Origin: an uncultured Lachnospiraceae bacterium
GTDB lineage: Bacteria; Bacillota; Clostridia; Lachnospirales; Lachnospiraceae
Reading direction: 5' to 3'
Length of the DNA: 64,000 nucleotides
Assembly (NCBI GenBank): GCA_944381535.1
Contig: CALWLN010000214.1
Span: forward strand, 40,242-104,241
This document shows, in pieces, positions 16,112 to 25,844 of this stretch. Positions within the stretch are counted from its first letter, which is position 1; each line of letters opens with the position of its first letter. The notes under the pieces are model-generated. The model ran no database searches, was not told the DNA's origin, and saw nothing but the letters and a program-made list of their open reading frames with translations. A program made the translations under genes and the position numbers.

Positions 16112-16895
16112 CGGGCCTGCGCCTTGCCATCTTTGTCACTACAAAAGTGGCCACATCCTCCGCGAATTTCCCGGCTCCAAAGCCTGCGTCATAACCAAGC
16201 TCCTTGGCCAACTCATGGGTAATCCGAGCGCCGCCGCAGCAGACAATGAATCTGTCCCGAAGATTTTCCGCCTCCAGAAGCTCGATCAGCTCCGTCAGAT
16301 TCTGAATGTGGATGTCCTTCTGGGTCACGGTCTGGGAGACCAGCAGCACGTCCGCCTGAAGCTCCAGGGCCTTCTCCACCAGGGCCTCGTTGGGCACCTG
16401 GCTGCCCATGTTCAGAGCCTCAATCATCTCGTACCGCTCCAGCCCGTAGTGGCCGGCAAAGCCCTTCCGGTTCATGATCGCGTCAATTCCCACGGTATGG
16501 GCGTCGGTTCCGGTGGATGCTCCCACAACCACCACCTTCCGCCCGATATTCTCCTTAATATAGGCGTCCACCTCCTCCATGGTCATGGTCTCCACCTCCA
16601 CGGTCTGTACCTGGATGGCTGTGTAATCCACGGTGTGGGTGCAGCTTCCGTACACCACATAAAAGGTAAATCCAGAATCCAGAACGTTGTGGAAAACCAC
16701 ATTGATATCCGTAAGGCCCATGGCTTTTGCAATGCGGCGGGCCGCTTCCTCCCCCCGCTCATCATCCTTTACGGGAAGGGTAAAACTCATCTGCGCCTTT
16801 CCGTCGTTCATGGTATCCCCGTAAGGGCGCAGGCGTCTTAAGTCCAGTGTCTTGTCGAACTCTTTCTTATGTAAATCGTACAGTCCCCCGCTCAT
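16098..16895 (-). CDS. kamE: Lysine 5,6-aminomutase beta subunit (B12-binding)
   Basis: 265 aa. The B12-binding Rossmann domain carries GTDAHTVG (DxHxxG-type). There is a 4-nt ATGA overlap with kamD. Confidence 0.85.
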   Translation of the reverse strand: MSGGLYDLHKKEFDKTLDLRRLRPYGDTMNDGKAQMSFTLPVKDDERGEEAARRIAKAMGLTDINVVFHNVLDSGFTFYVVYGSCTHTVDYTAIQVQTVEVETMTMEEVDAYIKENIGRKVVVVGASTGTDAHTVGIDAIMNRKGFAGHYGLERYEMIEALNMGSQVPNEALVEKALELQADVLLVSQTVTQKDIHIQNLTELIELLEAENLRDRFIVCCGGARITHELAKELGYDAGFGAGKFAEDVATFVVTKMARRRPAMEA

Positions 16896-18457
16896 CTGGC
16901 CGCCTCCTTTCCGCTATGCATAAGCTCCAGGAAGGGATTAAAATAAGATTCCTCCCTGACCACCACGCCGCTTAAGCCCTTGCCGCCGTCCTTGGGACGC
17001 TTGATGTCCGCAAAAATTCCCGCCTCCAGGGTGGCAAACATCCCTTTTTCCTCAATCTGCTTCAGCAGGTCCGCAGCTTTCTTTAACACCTCGCCGGCGC
17101 GCCTTTCTATGATCCCACCCTCCTTAAATACCAGTTCATCGCCCAGATCCTTCATGGTTCTGGCAATATTCCGGGCATTCTCGATGGCCAAGGCGCGATC
17201 CGACATAAAAGGCGTATGAATCGCTTCCGTCATCATTCCCAGCAGATGAATTTTTTGTTTCGTTATCACCGTCACCATGTTAAACAGGGCGTCTTGCACA
17301 TGTCCCCGGAAAATATTTCCGGTCATAAACTTGGTGGGCGGCATGTATTTCAGAGGCGCTTTCGGGAAAATCTCCCGGGCCATCTGGGCCTGGGCCAGCT
17401 CATATAGGAATCCGTTCTCCACCTCCGGAGAAATCTCGAAGGCGTGGCCCAGTCCCTGCTGCTCCTCCCGCAGCCCCGCCATCAGAGCAAACTGCTCGTT
17501 TAAGAACTGGGACGCCAGCACCGTGTGGGCCTCCTCCACCGCATTCGCCGTGGTCAGATAATTGTCCTCGCCGGTGTTGATGATCACCCCCGCAAAGCCG
17601 TTGATGACTCTGGAAAAATACTGGTCGATCAAAGTCCTCTGCATATTGATATCCCGGAACAAAATTCCGTACAGGGCGTCGTTTAACATCACGTCCAGGC
17701 GTTCCAAGGCGCCCATAGCCGCGATTTCCGGCATGCATAGGCCGGAACAGTAGTTGCACAGACGGATGTAACGCTTTTCCTCCCGGCCTACCTCATCCAG
17801 GGCCTCCCGCATGAGGCGGAAATTCTCCTGGGTGGCGTAGGTGCCTCCGAAGCCCTCGGTAGTCGCACCGTAGGGAACATAGTCAAGAAGGCTCTGGCCC
17901 GTGGTGCGGATGACCGCGATCACGTCGGCCCCCTGCCTGGCTCCCGCTTTGGCCTGGACGATATCCTCATAAATATTGCCGGTGGCCACGATAATGTACA
18001 GTAAGGGCCCCTGCTTGTCGCCATACTCCCTTAAGTAAGCCTCCCGCCGTGCCGCGTTTTTCCGGATCCGGACTGTGGAAATCTCCGCAGCTTCCCTCAT
18101 CACCTGGCGGATTTCCTGGCTGCCGTGTAAGGGCAGAGCCGTCAGATCCAGTTCTCCACGGCTCACACCCTCGGCAATCTCCTGTGGCGATAGCTTTAAT
18201 TCCAGCATGGCATTTCCGATATAGAAAGCGGCACCTGTGCCAAGGACGCCTTTTTCCATAAGGTGGTTTACCAGTATATTTGGCAGGGGCACCTCCACCT
18301 CATTGATTCCGTCAATGCCCAGAAGGCGGCATACCGCCCGCTCCACGGCCACGGTGGTGTGCCGATCAATGAAGCCCTGTACATCCGCAGCCACCCTGGC
18401 GGCGCTGGCTCTCGCCTGGTCCACCAGATCTTGATTTAAATTTAATTTACTAACCAT
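16892..18457 (-). CDS. kamD: Lysine 5,6-aminomutase alpha subunit
   Basis: About 520-aa TIM-barrel subunit, placed between kamA and kamE. ATG at 18457 sits behind GTGAGG. The ORF-track start at 18469 is a GTG. Confidence 0.85.
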   Translation of the reverse strand: MVSKLNLNQDLVDQARASAARVAADVQGFIDRHTTVAVERAVCRLLGIDGINEVEVPLPNILVNHLMEKGVLGTGAAFYIGNAMLELKLSPQEIAEGVSRGELDLTALPLHGSQEIRQVMREAAEISTVRIRKNAARREAYLREYGDKQGPLLYIIVATGNIYEDIVQAKAGARQGADVIAVIRTTGQSLLDYVPYGATTEGFGGTYATQENFRLMREALDEVGREEKRYIRLCNYCSGLCMPEIAAMGALERLDVMLNDALYGILFRDINMQRTLIDQYFSRVINGFAGVIINTGEDNYLTTANAVEEAHTVLASQFLNEQFALMAGLREEQQGLGHAFEISPEVENGFLYELAQAQMAREIFPKAPLKYMPPTKFMTGNIFRGHVQDALFNMVTVITKQKIHLLGMMTEAIHTPFMSDRALAIENARNIARTMKDLGDELVFKEGGIIERRAGEVLKKAADLLKQIEEKGMFATLEAGIFADIKRPKDGGKGLSGVVVREESYFNPFLELMHSGKEAAR

Positions 18458-18518
18458 TTTGCGCCTCACTTCCTTGCTCTATGTCTTTCTCTTGCCATTT
18501 GGTGCCTCGCTTCTCTTA

Positions 18519-19799
18519 TCAACCGCCCATTACCAAGTGTTTTCCACATTCCAGGCGCTCCAGACGCTTCAACCCCCTGGGTTCCAGAGCCAGCAATTCC
18601 CCCTGCTCTAAGGCGGCAATCCCCACCAGCTCTGAGGTTCTGTGATTTCCGCAATCCTGGCAGTTACAGTTATTCTCATAGTGCTTCGGCTCCGTGTAGG
18701 TGGTGATAACCCCCTCGAAATTGCGGAGAATCACACGGCCCGGGGTCTGGGAAATCACATAATTGGGCATTACCGGCGTTTTACCGCCGCCGCCGGGCGC
18801 GTCCACCACAAAGGTGGGAACCGCAAAGCCGGAGGTGTGGCCCCGAAGAGCCTCAATGATCTCAATCCCCTTGGACACCGGTGTGCGAAAATGCTCCAGG
18901 CCAAAGGATAAGTCGCACTGATAAATGTAGTAGGGCCGCACCCGTATTTGTACCAGACCATGCACCAGGCGCCGCATGACGTGGACACAGTCATTGATTC
19001 CCGCCAAAAGCACGGACTGATTTCCCAGGGGAATGCCTGCGTCCGCCAGCATGGCGCAGGCCGCCGCGCTCTCCTCGGTAATCTCGTTGGGATGATTGAA
19101 GTGGGTGTTCAGCCAGATGGGGTGATATTTTTTCAGCATATCACAAAGCTCCCGGGTAATTCTCTGGGGCATGACCACCGGGGTTCTGGAGCCGATACGT
19201 ACAATTTCCACATGTTCAATCTTCCGAAGCTGGGAAATGATATACTCCAGACGCTCATCGCTGACCAGCAAAGCGTCGCCGCCGGACAAAAGCACATCCC
19301 GCACCTCCGGGTGATTGCGGATGTAATCAATACAGGCGTCCACCTGCTCTTTCGGCACGCTGCAATCCTCATGTCCCGCAAAACGCCTTCTGGTACAATG
19401 ACGGCAGTACATGGAGCACATATCCGTAATCAGGAATAGCACCCGGTCCGGATAGCGGTGGGTCAGCCCCTTCACCGGCGAATCGGTGTCCTCGTGAAGG
19501 GGATCCAGCAGGTCCGCCTCCGCCCGGTGAAGCTCCAACCCGGTGGGAATGGCCTGCTTCCGTATCGGGTCCTCCGGGTCGTTCAGATCAATCAAGGACA
19601 GGTAATAAGGAGTGACGGCCATTCGTAAGGTCTTTAAGCAGGCCCCAATTCCTTCTTCCTCCTCCGGGGTCAGAGCCATATATTTTTTCAGATCCTCCAC
19701 GGTCTCCACCCGGTTCTTCACCTGCCATTTCCAGTCGTTCCACTGCTCCTTAGGCACATCCAGAAATAATCCGTTTGCTCTGCTTTTATGAAATACCAT
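18519..19799 (-). CDS. kamA: L-lysine 2,3-aminomutase (radical SAM, PLP)
   Basis: [11 protein letters not shown] is the radical-SAM CxxxCxxC motif, and the N-terminal WNDWKWQ motif is typical of KamA. The start is 19799 or 19805. Confidence 0.9.
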   Translation of the reverse strand: MVFHKSRANGLFLDVPKEQWNDWKWQVKNRVETVEDLKKYMALTPEEEEGIGACLKTLRMAVTPYYLSLIDLNDPEDPIRKQAIPTGLELHRAEADLLDPLHEDTDSPVKGLTHRYPDRVLFLITDMCSMYCRHCTRRRFAGHEDCSVPKEQVDACIDYIRNHPEVRDVLLSGGDALLVSDERLEYIISQLRKIEHVEIVRIGSRTPVVMPQRITRELCDMLKKYHPIWLNTHFNHPNEITEESAAACAMLADAGIPLGNQSVLLAGINDCVHVMRRLVHGLVQIRVRPYYIYQCDLSFGLEHFRTPVSKGIEIIEALRGHTSGFAVPTFVVDAPGGGGKTPVMPNYVISQTPGRVILRNFEGVITTYTEPKHYENNCNCQDCGNHRTSELVGIAALEQGELLALEPRGLKRLERLECGKHLVMGG

Positions 19800-19816
19800 C
19801 GTCATTCCCTCCTGTT

Positions 19817-20857
19817 TTATACATATTTGCGCTCAAAAATCTGTCTGATTCGTTCGTTCTCCCTCAATTCATTTAATGTAATCTCCGCATGCCCTCTGGT
19901 GTAACCGTTTCCGATGATCATATCAATATCCTTGCCGACGCCCTCCGCCCCCAGAGCCGCCCTGGTGAAGCTGGTAGCCATGGAGAAGAAATAGACACAG
20001 CCGTTGTCCTTCACCGGAAGAATTGCGGACATCTCGCAGGCTTCCACATTGACACAGCAGATGGAGAGATCATATTCCCTGCCGTTGTTGGCCGCCAGCA
20101 CCTGCTCTAAGAGGCTTACGGGTTTTGTGGCGTCCGCAATGACAATCTCTTGGCAAACCTCAAGGAAAGCCAGGTCCCCCTTCTCCGCCTCATTGTAAAC
20201 CACGCCCACCACCCGACCGGTGGGACCCACCCGCTTGCTGGCCTCGTAGCAGCAGAGCATACCGGATTTGCCGGCGGCTCCCAGGATGAGAACCTCCTGA
20301 CCGGACTGTACCAGCCTGGCGGTCTGGGCCGGAGCCCCCGCCACGTCAAGAGCCGCCAGAGCCAGAGACTCGCTCATATCCTGGGGAAGCTTGCAATACA
20401 GGGCGCTTTCAAACAAAATGGCCTTGGCGTCCACATCCACCCGATCAATGTCCATGTGAATCTCCTTGATCTCGTTGATCTTCAACGGGGTCATAGAGAG
20501 GGATACCAGGGAGGCAATCTTATCGCCCACCTTTAACCCCGTATTCTTCAAGTCCTCGCCAATCCGCTCCACCACGCCGATAAACATTCCGCCGGAACCG
20601 GTTACCGGATTCTGCATTTTGCCCCGCTCCTTGACGATTTCCAGAATCCGCTCCCTGATCTTTTCGTTCTCATTTCCGCAGGACTCCTTCAACTGTGTGA
20701 AAGAGGCAGAGTCGATGTTTAATGAAATGACGTCACAGAGAATCTCATTGGAATACTCTTTTGTCATGTCGTTGTCGATGACGTCCGCCGCCTGCGTCAG
20801 CACCCCCTTTGGAGAAATGACTCTGTGAATCCCGTATTTATTTCCTTTTTCTGTCAT
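19817..20857 (-). CDS. kdd: L-erythro-3,5-diaminohexanoate dehydrogenase
   Basis: About 346 aa with Rossmann motif [10 protein letters not shown], sitting in the kam cluster. ATG at 20857 sits behind GGAGGTG. Confidence 0.8.
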   Translation of the reverse strand: MTEKGNKYGIHRVISPKGVLTQAADVIDNDMTKEYSNEILCDVISLNIDSASFTQLKESCGNENEKIRERILEIVKERGKMQNPVTGSGGMFIGVVERIGEDLKNTGLKVGDKIASLVSLSMTPLKINEIKEIHMDIDRVDVDAKAILFESALYCKLPQDMSESLALAALDVAGAPAQTARLVQSGQEVLILGAAGKSGMLCCYEASKRVGPTGRVVGVVYNEAEKGDLAFLEVCQEIVIADATKPVSLLEQVLAANNGREYDLSICCVNVEACEMSAILPVKDNGCVYFFSMATSFTRAALGAEGVGKDIDMIIGNGYTRGHAEITLNELRENERIRQIFERKYV

Positions 20858-21686
20858 GATAAACACCTCCGGTCAGTCCTAATATTGCTCTCGCCTCCGC
20901 CGGCGTGGCGATTTCCCGGCCCAGTTCCCCGGCCAGACGGACAACCTTTGCCACCAGCTCGCCGTTGGAAGCCGCAGGCACGCCCTTCGCCAGATATACA
21001 TTATCCTCAAAGCCCACCCGCACATGGCCGCCCATGAGAATTCCCATCACGGCCATGGGAAATTGATTTCTCCCCACACCGGACACCGTCCAGGTGGAGC
21101 CGGCCGGGACACTACCGGCCATGAATACCAGATCTCTTGGGGTTGCGCCGATTCCGCCGTTTACACCCATCACAAAGTTAAAATGCATGGGATTTTCCAG
21201 ATACCCTCTCTGGTTGAGGCGGACAGCCGCATCCACCATGCCCTTGTCAAAGACTTCCATCTCCGGCTTCACCTTCCGGGTCTTCATGCGTTCCGCAAAC
21301 TCCCTTATCATATTTTCCGTGTTGACGAAAATCTCATCTCCGCCGAAGTTACAGGTGCCGCAGTCCAGGGTAGCCATCTCCGGGTTCAGCAGCAGGGGCT
21401 GCAGGCGTTCTTCAGCGCTCATACCCACGGCTCCCCCGGTGGATACCTGGAGGATGACCTCCGGGCACACCTCCCGAATCGCCTCCATGCAGAGCGCAAA
21501 CCGCTCCCGGCTCTGGGTGGGAGTACCATCATCCTCCCGGACATGCAGATGTATCAGGGCCGCCCCCGCGTCATAAGCGGATTTGGCTTCTCTCGCAATC
21601 TCCTCCACGGTGTAGGGCACCGCCGGATTCTGTTCCTTGGTCACCTCTGCCCCGCAGATACAAGCTGTAATGATTAATTTTTCCAT
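20838..21686 (-). CDS. kce: 3-keto-5-aminohexanoate cleavage enzyme (BKACE/DUF849)
   Basis: MEKLIITACICGAEVTKEQNPAVPYT...ALIHLHVRE is the BKACE signature. Start set at 21686 behind GGGAGGAAAA. Confidence 0.85.
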   Translation of the reverse strand: MEKLIITACICGAEVTKEQNPAVPYTVEEIAREAKSAYDAGAALIHLHVREDDGTPTQSRERFALCMEAIREVCPEVILQVSTGGAVGMSAEERLQPLLLNPEMATLDCGTCNFGGDEIFVNTENMIREFAERMKTRKVKPEMEVFDKGMVDAAVRLNQRGYLENPMHFNFVMGVNGGIGATPRDLVFMAGSVPAGSTWTVSGVGRNQFPMAVMGILMGGHVRVGFEDNVYLAKGVPAASNGELVAKVVRLAGELGREIATPAEARAILGLTGGVYHDRKRK

Positions 21687-21699
21687 GGGTTTTCCTCCC

Positions 21700-22080
21700 T
21701 TATCTGCGCTGTTTGTCCTTTGGCACGACACAGGTTCCGCTGGCTTGGCACACTATGATGGGCTCCGGGAGCACGTCGCAGGCGGAATCGCTGATGTCTG
21801 GGCGGGGAGTGATCACCTTGCGAGCCTCAAACTTCATTTTCCGGGAAGTGTTTCCCATACTGACAATCTCCCCCTCCGCTTCGATGTAATCTCCGGCGTA
21901 TACCGGGGCTAAAAATTCCACCTGGTCGTATGCCCGGAACAGACCTTCGTCGCCGTCCTGCATGATCAGAAGCTCCGTGGCCACGTCCCCGAACAGAGCC
22001 AGCAATCTGGCTCCGTCCACCAGGTTTCCGCCATAGTGGGCGTCCTGGGTACTCATTCGTAAACGGATCATTGCTTTCAT
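21700..22080 (-). CDS. kal: 3-aminobutyryl-CoA ammonia-lyase (hotdog fold)
   Basis: 126-aa hotdog-fold protein, first gene of the operon. The size and its position next to kce/kdd fit Kal. RBS is AGAGGAGG. Confidence 0.7.
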   Translation of the reverse strand: MKAMIRLRMSTQDAHYGGNLVDGARLLALFGDVATELLIMQDGDEGLFRAYDQVEFLAPVYAGDYIEAEGEIVSMGNTSRKMKFEARKVITPRPDISDSACDVLPEPIIVCQASGTCVVPKDKQRR

Positions 22081-22101
22081 AATACAAACCTCCTCTTTTT
22101 G

Positions 22102-22179
22102 AAAATAAAAAGAGCGCCTCCTGCACCTGCCAATTCTGATTTTCAGAACTACTTAAATCAGCAGGTACAATAGCGCTCC
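22102..22179 (-). terminator. Long imperfect hairpin plus U5AU4, immediately upstream of the kal RBS (second attenuator)
   Basis: RNA: GGAGCGCUAUUGUACCUGCUGAUUU...AAAUCAGAAUUGGCAGGUGCAGGAGGCGCUC-UUUUUAUUUU. The pairings are GAGCGC/GCGCUC, CCUGC/GCAGG and UGAUUU/AAAUCA. Confidence 0.55.
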
Positions 22180-22253
22180 ATTTACAGGATCATTTCACAG
22201 GACAAATTTCCCTGTGAAAGCTTTTTGTTCCATAGAAAATTTTCCTATGGAAC

Positions 22254-22286
22254 AAAAAAAGCTATTGGTGTCGATACACCAATAGC
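22254..22286 (-). terminator. Intrinsic terminator of the lysine riboswitch expression platform
   Basis: RNA: GCUAUUGGUG-UAUCGA-CACCAAUAGC followed by U7. This is a perfect 10-bp stem. Confidence 0.8.
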
Positions 22287-22444
22287 ACTCCATGCGGACA
22301 TGACAGGAGAAAGCTCTGGGCCTTCCATCCCAAGGAAACACCTCATCAACGATGGATCCTTTCGGCGGATATACATTCACCAGTAACCTCCGGCTTGATG
22401 ACCGTTCTCATTTACTGCCTACCTTATAGTCCGCTCCTCTATTG
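22280..22444 (-). promoter_or_regulatory. Lysine riboswitch (L-box) aptamer
   Basis: The RNA has the L-box hallmarks: 5' CAAUAG-AGAGGAGCGG, AAUGAGAAC, CCGCCGAAAGG, CCUUGGGAUGG, CUCCUGUCAUG and a 3' UGGAGUGCUAUUG. P1 pairs CAAUAG (22439-22444) with CUAUUG (22280-22285). Confidence 0.8.
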
Positions 22445-22474
22445 TTTCCATATGTACTTTTTTGATACCCTTTT

Positions 22475-22503
22475 ATCATACTCCCCAATTTTTTCCATGT
22501 CAA
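22475..22503 (-). promoter_or_regulatory. Sigma-A promoter of the riboswitch/lysine operon
   Basis: TTGACA (22498-22503), a 17-nt spacer, then TATGAT (22475-22480) on the minus strand. Confidence 0.7.
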
Positions 22504-22740
22504 GAGGAAATATTAATCTGACCATTTTAGTGCTCCCGCATAGCAATAGCCAGCCCGAAAGAATTTACGGACTGGCTGCATCAGAAGCGTATTATCAAAT
22601 TGTGTGAAAGCTAATTATAGAATAATCCACTTCCCCTTTTGGCTGGATTCTTCTTTTCGTTTATATAAACCTCTCAAATCTCTTATCTATTAATTACTAT
22701 AATACTCGTACCACCATAATCCCGATAACAATACGAAAGG

Positions 22741-22778
22741 CAGACCAGGCGGACATGCTCCCATGCCCGCCTGGTCTG
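22741..22778 (-). terminator. Rubrerythrin terminator hairpin
   Basis: A 12-bp stem, CAGACCAGGCGG...CCGCCUGGUCUG, lies just downstream of the rbr stop. The U-tract is only moderate. Confidence 0.55.
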
Positions 22779-22802
22779 TTGCCTTGTCAACTTATTCCTT
22801 TT

Positions 22803-23399
22803 TCAGGCGCAGAACGGCGCCAGTTCAAGACGGACGAAATAACCCTGCTCATGGTTACAGACCGGGCAGTGCTTGGGCGCTTCTTTTGCTTCCAGGACAA
22901 ACCCGCATTTTAAGCACATCCATTTTGTTTCCACCTCGGAGACAAAGAGCCGGTTTTCCTTAAGCAGCTTCGCAAAGGTTCCAAAGCGGTCCCCGTGTAG
23001 CTTTTCGATTTCCGCAATCATGTGGAAGGAGCCTGCCGCCTTCTGGAAGCCCTCACTCCTTGCGATATTTCCGAAGTTCTTGTATACGTCATCATGTTCC
23101 TCGTACTCGTTGTGCTGGGCCATTTCCAGCAGTTTTTCCACCTTGGGACTTAAATCCACCGGATATCCGCCATCAATGTGAATGGTCTCTCCCGCCAGCT
23201 CCTTCAGGTGATTGTAAAACACCTCCGCATGCTCCCGCTCCTGGTCTGCGGTAAAGGTGAATACCTGCTCGATGACATACAGCCCTTTTTCGTTGGCCTG
23301 GTAGGCGGAAAAGGTGTAGCGGTTCCTGGCCTGGCTCTCTCCGGCAAAGGCCCGCATCAGGTTCTTCATTGTTTCGCTCTGTTTAAAATCTACTGCCAT
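22803..23399 (-). CDS. rbr: Rubrerythrin
   Basis: N-terminal ferritin-like diiron domain (ESQARNRY, EREHAEVF, EYEEH) plus a C-terminal rubredoxin-like CLKCG...CPVCN. Confidence 0.9.
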   Translation of the reverse strand: MAVDFKQSETMKNLMRAFAGESQARNRYTFSAYQANEKGLYVIEQVFTFTADQEREHAEVFYNHLKELAGETIHIDGGYPVDLSPKVEKLLEMAQHNEYEEHDDVYKNFGNIARSEGFQKAAGSFHMIAEIEKLHGDRFGTFAKLLKENRLFVSEVETKWMCLKCGFVLEAKEAPKHCPVCNHEQGYFVRLELAPFCA

Positions 23400-23449
23400 G
23401 GAATGTTCCTCTCTTTTCTCGGTTTTTCCCTGGTAGTATGTGTAAAATT

Positions 23450-23725
23450 TTAAATGTCATACTGCATGACAATATTATTAAAATAACTGCGAAATCCGAA
23501 TTTTCTATATAAGGAAACCGATTCGCCACAGGCACTGAGTGTCACAGATGACGCTCCCTGTTCAAAAAGCTCTGTCAACGCTCTTGAGCATACCGCAGAA
23601 GCCGCTTTCCTGCGCCGATACTCCTCCAAGGTAGATACAAATTCCAAAGAGGCCAAATCACCGGTCTGGATTGTAGCTGCGGTGGCAACCGGAATTCCAT
23701 CGATTTCTCCCAGATAAAAATTCAA
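23450..23725 (-). pseudogene. GNAT N-acetyltransferase remnant, 5'-truncated
   Basis: Only the motif A/B half is present (EEYRRRKAASAVCSRAL...LYRKFGF). The frame opens just after a TAA, the only start offered is a TTG, and there is no RBS. About 30-40 N-terminal residues appear to be missing. Confidence 0.5.
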
Positions 23726-23962
23726 GTACCCTTTCTCAACCCATACACCTATCCCAATACCTTCTTATCCGACATTTACAGAACATCCAAGCCCACATAA
23801 AAACCAGCTTTTACAAATATCTGGTATTATCCTAACACACACGATAAGAGAAATCAAGAAAACTACTTTTTTGCCATTTCCCCGTTTACAAAAGCGGCAT
23901 GACTGTTCTATAATTTATGTATTCGGTTTTTCAAATCTATTAAAATTTTTGGAGGGATTTTT

Positions 23963-25567
23963 ATGTTTACCGATGTTACCTTATTGAAGGAAACATGGAG
24001 TGCGGGGATATGGTCGATCATACCCCCAATCATTGCCATTGTTCTGGCGCTGATCACCAAAGAGGTGGTGTTCTCACTGATTCTAGGAATCTTGTCCGGT
24101 ACGGTTATTTTCACCATCCTGGACCCCTTAGATACCGGAACCGGTTTTGTCGGATTTTTTGATACGCTGGTTCAATTAATGCGCGACAAGCTTGGGGAAA
24201 ATTCCAGCATGATCATTTTTCTATGTCTTCTGGGTATTCTGGTGGCGCTGGTTACCAGGGCAGGGGGCTCTAAAGCCTACGGGGAATGGGCGGCAAAGAA
24301 ATTGAAGACAAAGCGCTCCGCCTCTCTGTCCGCCTCGGCCTTGGGCGTTCTGATCTTCATTGACGATTACTTCAACTGTCTGACCGTAGGTACCGTAATG
24401 AAGCCTGTAACAGACAAATTCAAGCTGTCCCGGGAAAAGCTGGCCTACATCATCGATGCCACGGCTGCTCCCGTGTGCATCATTGCGCCGATTTCTTCCT
24501 GGGCGGCGGCTGTAATGTCTTATTATCCGGAAACCACAGGCCAAAGCGGAATGACCGCATTTTTAAGTTCTATTCCCATGAACTTGTACGCAATTCTCAC
24601 ACTGGTAATGGTGTTCTGGATGTGTATCCGCAAAAAAAGTGACTACGGCCCCATGGCAAAGGCAGAATTAAGAGCCGATACCACCGGTGACATTGGCGCT
24701 ATCAACAACACCGAAGCAGAGGAGCAGATGGACAGAATGACCAAGGGTGATTCCAAAGGCCTTGTTTCCGATCTGGTCATCCCCATCGTCGTGCTCATCC
24801 TGCTCTCCGTTCTTTCGATGCTATACGTGGGCGGATACTGGGACGGCAGCGGAATGTCTCTCTTTGACGCCTTCGGGAATACCGACGCCGGTTACGCTTT
24901 GGCACTGAGCGCTTTTGGCACCTTGCTGTTTACGTTTCTCTATTACATGCTTCGCAGAGTCCTTACCTTTAAGGAATTTTTTGGCTGCATCAACAGCGGT
25001 GTGTCCTCCATGGTTCCGGCCTGCGTCATTTTGACCCTTGCCTGGTCCATCAGCGGAATCTGCCGAGACTATCTGCATACAGGCCGATTCGTAGCTAACG
25101 TTGTGGAAACTTCCGGCATTCCGGTTCAGCTTCTGGCTCCCATCATATTTCTGATTGCATGTTTTCTGTCCTTTGCAACCGGCACTGCATGGGGAACCTT
25201 CGGAATTCTTCTACCTATCGTAATAGATATAACCACCCAGGCGGCTCCGGAGCTGACCGTTACCTGTATGGCCGCAACCCTGGCCGGTTCCGTATTCGGG
25301 GATCACTGTTCTCCCATTTCGGACACCACCATTTTATCCTCCACAGGCGCCGCCTGTAACCATCTGGCCCATGTGGGAACCCAGATTCCATATGCCGTAA
25401 CCGTGGCGTCCTGCTGCTTCCTCGGTTATTTCGTGGCCGGCTTTACGGCGGATTTGGGCTTTGGCCTCAGTACAGTCGTTACCCTGGCCGTATCGCTTGT
25501 TCTGCTGATTGCGGCATTACTGTTCCTGCCTAAGGTCTGGGGATCTGATAGAAGCTTTACAATATAG
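23963..25567 (+). CDS. NhaC family Na+/H+ antiporter-type transporter, paralog 1
   Basis: 534-aa polytopic protein with NhaC-family blocks (IFIDDYFNCLTVGTVMKP, GDHCSPISDTTILSS). A GGAGGG RBS sits 6 nt upstream of the ATG. Confidence 0.8.
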   Translation: MFTDVTLLKETWSAGIWSIIPPIIAIVLALITKEVVFSLILGILSGTVIFTILDPLDTGTGFVGFFDTLVQLMRDKLGENSSMIIFLCLLGILVALVTRAGGSKAYGEWAAKKLKTKRSASLSASALGVLIFIDDYFNCLTVGTVMKPVTDKFKLSREKLAYIIDATAAPVCIIAPISSWAAAVMSYYPETTGQSGMTAFLSSIPMNLYAILTLVMVFWMCIRKKSDYGPMAKAELRADTTGDIGAINNTEAEEQMDRMTKGDSKGLVSDLVIPIVVLILLSVLSMLYVGGYWDGSGMSLFDAFGNTDAGYALALSAFGTLLFTFLYYMLRRVLTFKEFFGCINSGVSSMVPACVILTLAWSISGICRDYLHTGRFVANVVETSGIPVQLLAPIIFLIACFLSFATGTAWGTFGILLPIVIDITTQAAPELTVTCMAATLAGSVFGDHCSPISDTTILSSTGAACNHLAHVGTQIPYAVTVASCCFLGYFVAGFTADLGFGLSTVVTLAVSLVLLIAALLFLPKVWGSDRSFTI

Positions 25568-25596
25568 ATTGCGTCACCAGGCCCATGACAAATAGC

Positions 25597-25650
25597 CTGC
25601 CCCTGCGAATGGTTTCAAAACCTAATTTCGCCGGGGCAGTTCCTTTTTTA
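25597..25650 (+). terminator. Intrinsic terminator after NhaC paralog 1
   Basis: CTGCCCC-TGCGAA...TTCGC-C-GGGGCAG followed by TTCCTTTTTT. Confidence 0.65.
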
Positions 25651-25844
25651 CTTACTTAAAATGATTTCTCTAATATACAGGCCATTTCCGAATAAAATGA
25701 AATATTTTGTCTACAACATTTTCCATTCTTATCCATTTCTTTGTCTTAGCGGAATCTTGCGTTTACAGTTCTCCTCCGCTTAGCCTATACTCGGAGTGTT
25801 CAGAGTTTTTCATACACAAATCACACTTTATGGAGGGAATTTTT

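Noticed and set aside
15993-16841. 282-aa plus-strand ORF
   Set aside because: It is antisense to kamE and overlaps the AraC 3' end. I recognise no motifs in it.
22560-22700. Plus-strand hairpin AATCCA...TGGATT followed by a T-rich run, considered as a possible small RNA terminator
   Set aside because: There is no convincing plus-strand promoter or upstream gene. The stem is only 6 bp, in AT-rich spacer DNA.
25707-25844. 46-codon N-terminal extension of NhaC paralog 2
   Set aside because: It begins with a TTG and covers the promoter-like TTTACA-18-TATACT. Paralog 1 starts at the equivalent of 25845 with an identical RBS.
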